From Octopus sinensis (lineage: Eukaryota), in the NCBI RefSeq assembly GCF_006345805.1, contig NC_042997.1, positions 66,898,001 through 66,962,000 of the forward strand: a stretch of DNA of 64,000 bases, in the 5' to 3' direction. A program made the position numbers and the translations under genes. Below the pieces are notes generated by a model that was given only the letters and a program-made list of their open reading frames with translations, did no database searches and was not told the DNA's origin. This document shows positions 63,444 through 64,000 of the stretch, piece by piece; the stretch's first letter is position 1, and each line of letters opens with the position of its first letter.

Positions 63444-64000
63444 AGGCTCCCCTCCAGTGCGTACGCACGAAAGGAAACTTATTGTAGTGACTGCAAAACT
63501 CAAGGTGGACACCAGATAACCAAATAGCACACAATGGCAAAATTTATAACATACACAAGAAATTTACTAAAGGAAAAAGAGAAAAAATACTCAATGAGCA
63601 AAAATCAAGAGTGCATGCATGAAAGTGTATGCGTCACAAAGTATAGAGCCTTCCGCTGTAGGAAGCGGAGGGAAAGCAAAACTCACAGTCAATGAACCTA
63701 GGCGAAATTAAATCCAACTTCTCTAAAGGTGGTTAATCCTGCAAAATAGCAGTTAAATCAATTGCTGCAGGAGAGGAAATGGAATTGACAGAAGCTCGCT
63801 AGTAACACAAAAGGCAAAAGTGCAAACATGCTGGTGTGATGCGCAACACAGATAATTTTCTGTTAATTACGTGACCAACAGTGGTCTAACAGGGAAAAAT
63901 AATTACGCCTAAACATGGCGCAGCGCATGTGAACATCCGACGTCCTATGAGTCGGGAAAAAACTAAGCTACCGCAAACGTGTTGCAAAAAAAACAAGGCA

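Overview
Eukaryotic, AT-rich, microsatellite-dense animal DNA. The repeat families and the CREB sequence suggest a coleoid cephalopod, probably Octopus (inference from recalled families, no database search run). The only host gene supported is a + strand CREB1/ATF1-family transcription factor. Four coding exons were read by hand: 19650-19820 (Q1), 20816-20898 (KID, RRPSY), 24134-24267 and 60983-61162 (Q2). Their GT-AG phases are consistent and include a 36.7-kb intron; the bZIP exon(s) must lie beyond the window, and no promoter was identified. Most other recognisable sequence is transposon-derived: a near-full-length RTE LINE with a PHD finger inside its RT ORF, many RTE 3' tails, CR1-like and Penelope-like fragments, Tc1/mariner remnants, hAT and piggyBac-type MITEs, tRNA-derived SINEs, a 1.9-kb foldback element with about 620-bp TIRs and an 8-bp TSD, and the 3' LTR of a young LTR retrotransposon. 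The best lead is a candidate 29-nt micro-exon just upstream of the KID exon. It has the same splice phases and lies too close to be spliced to the KID exon, so it could be a mutually exclusive, in-frame replacement that removes the PKA site. Other leads are intronic dsRNA-forming inverted repeats, two minimal hammerhead-ribozyme-like motifs and a Crypton/Eulor-like hairpin. Most ORFs in the supplied track are translations of microsatellites or repeats.
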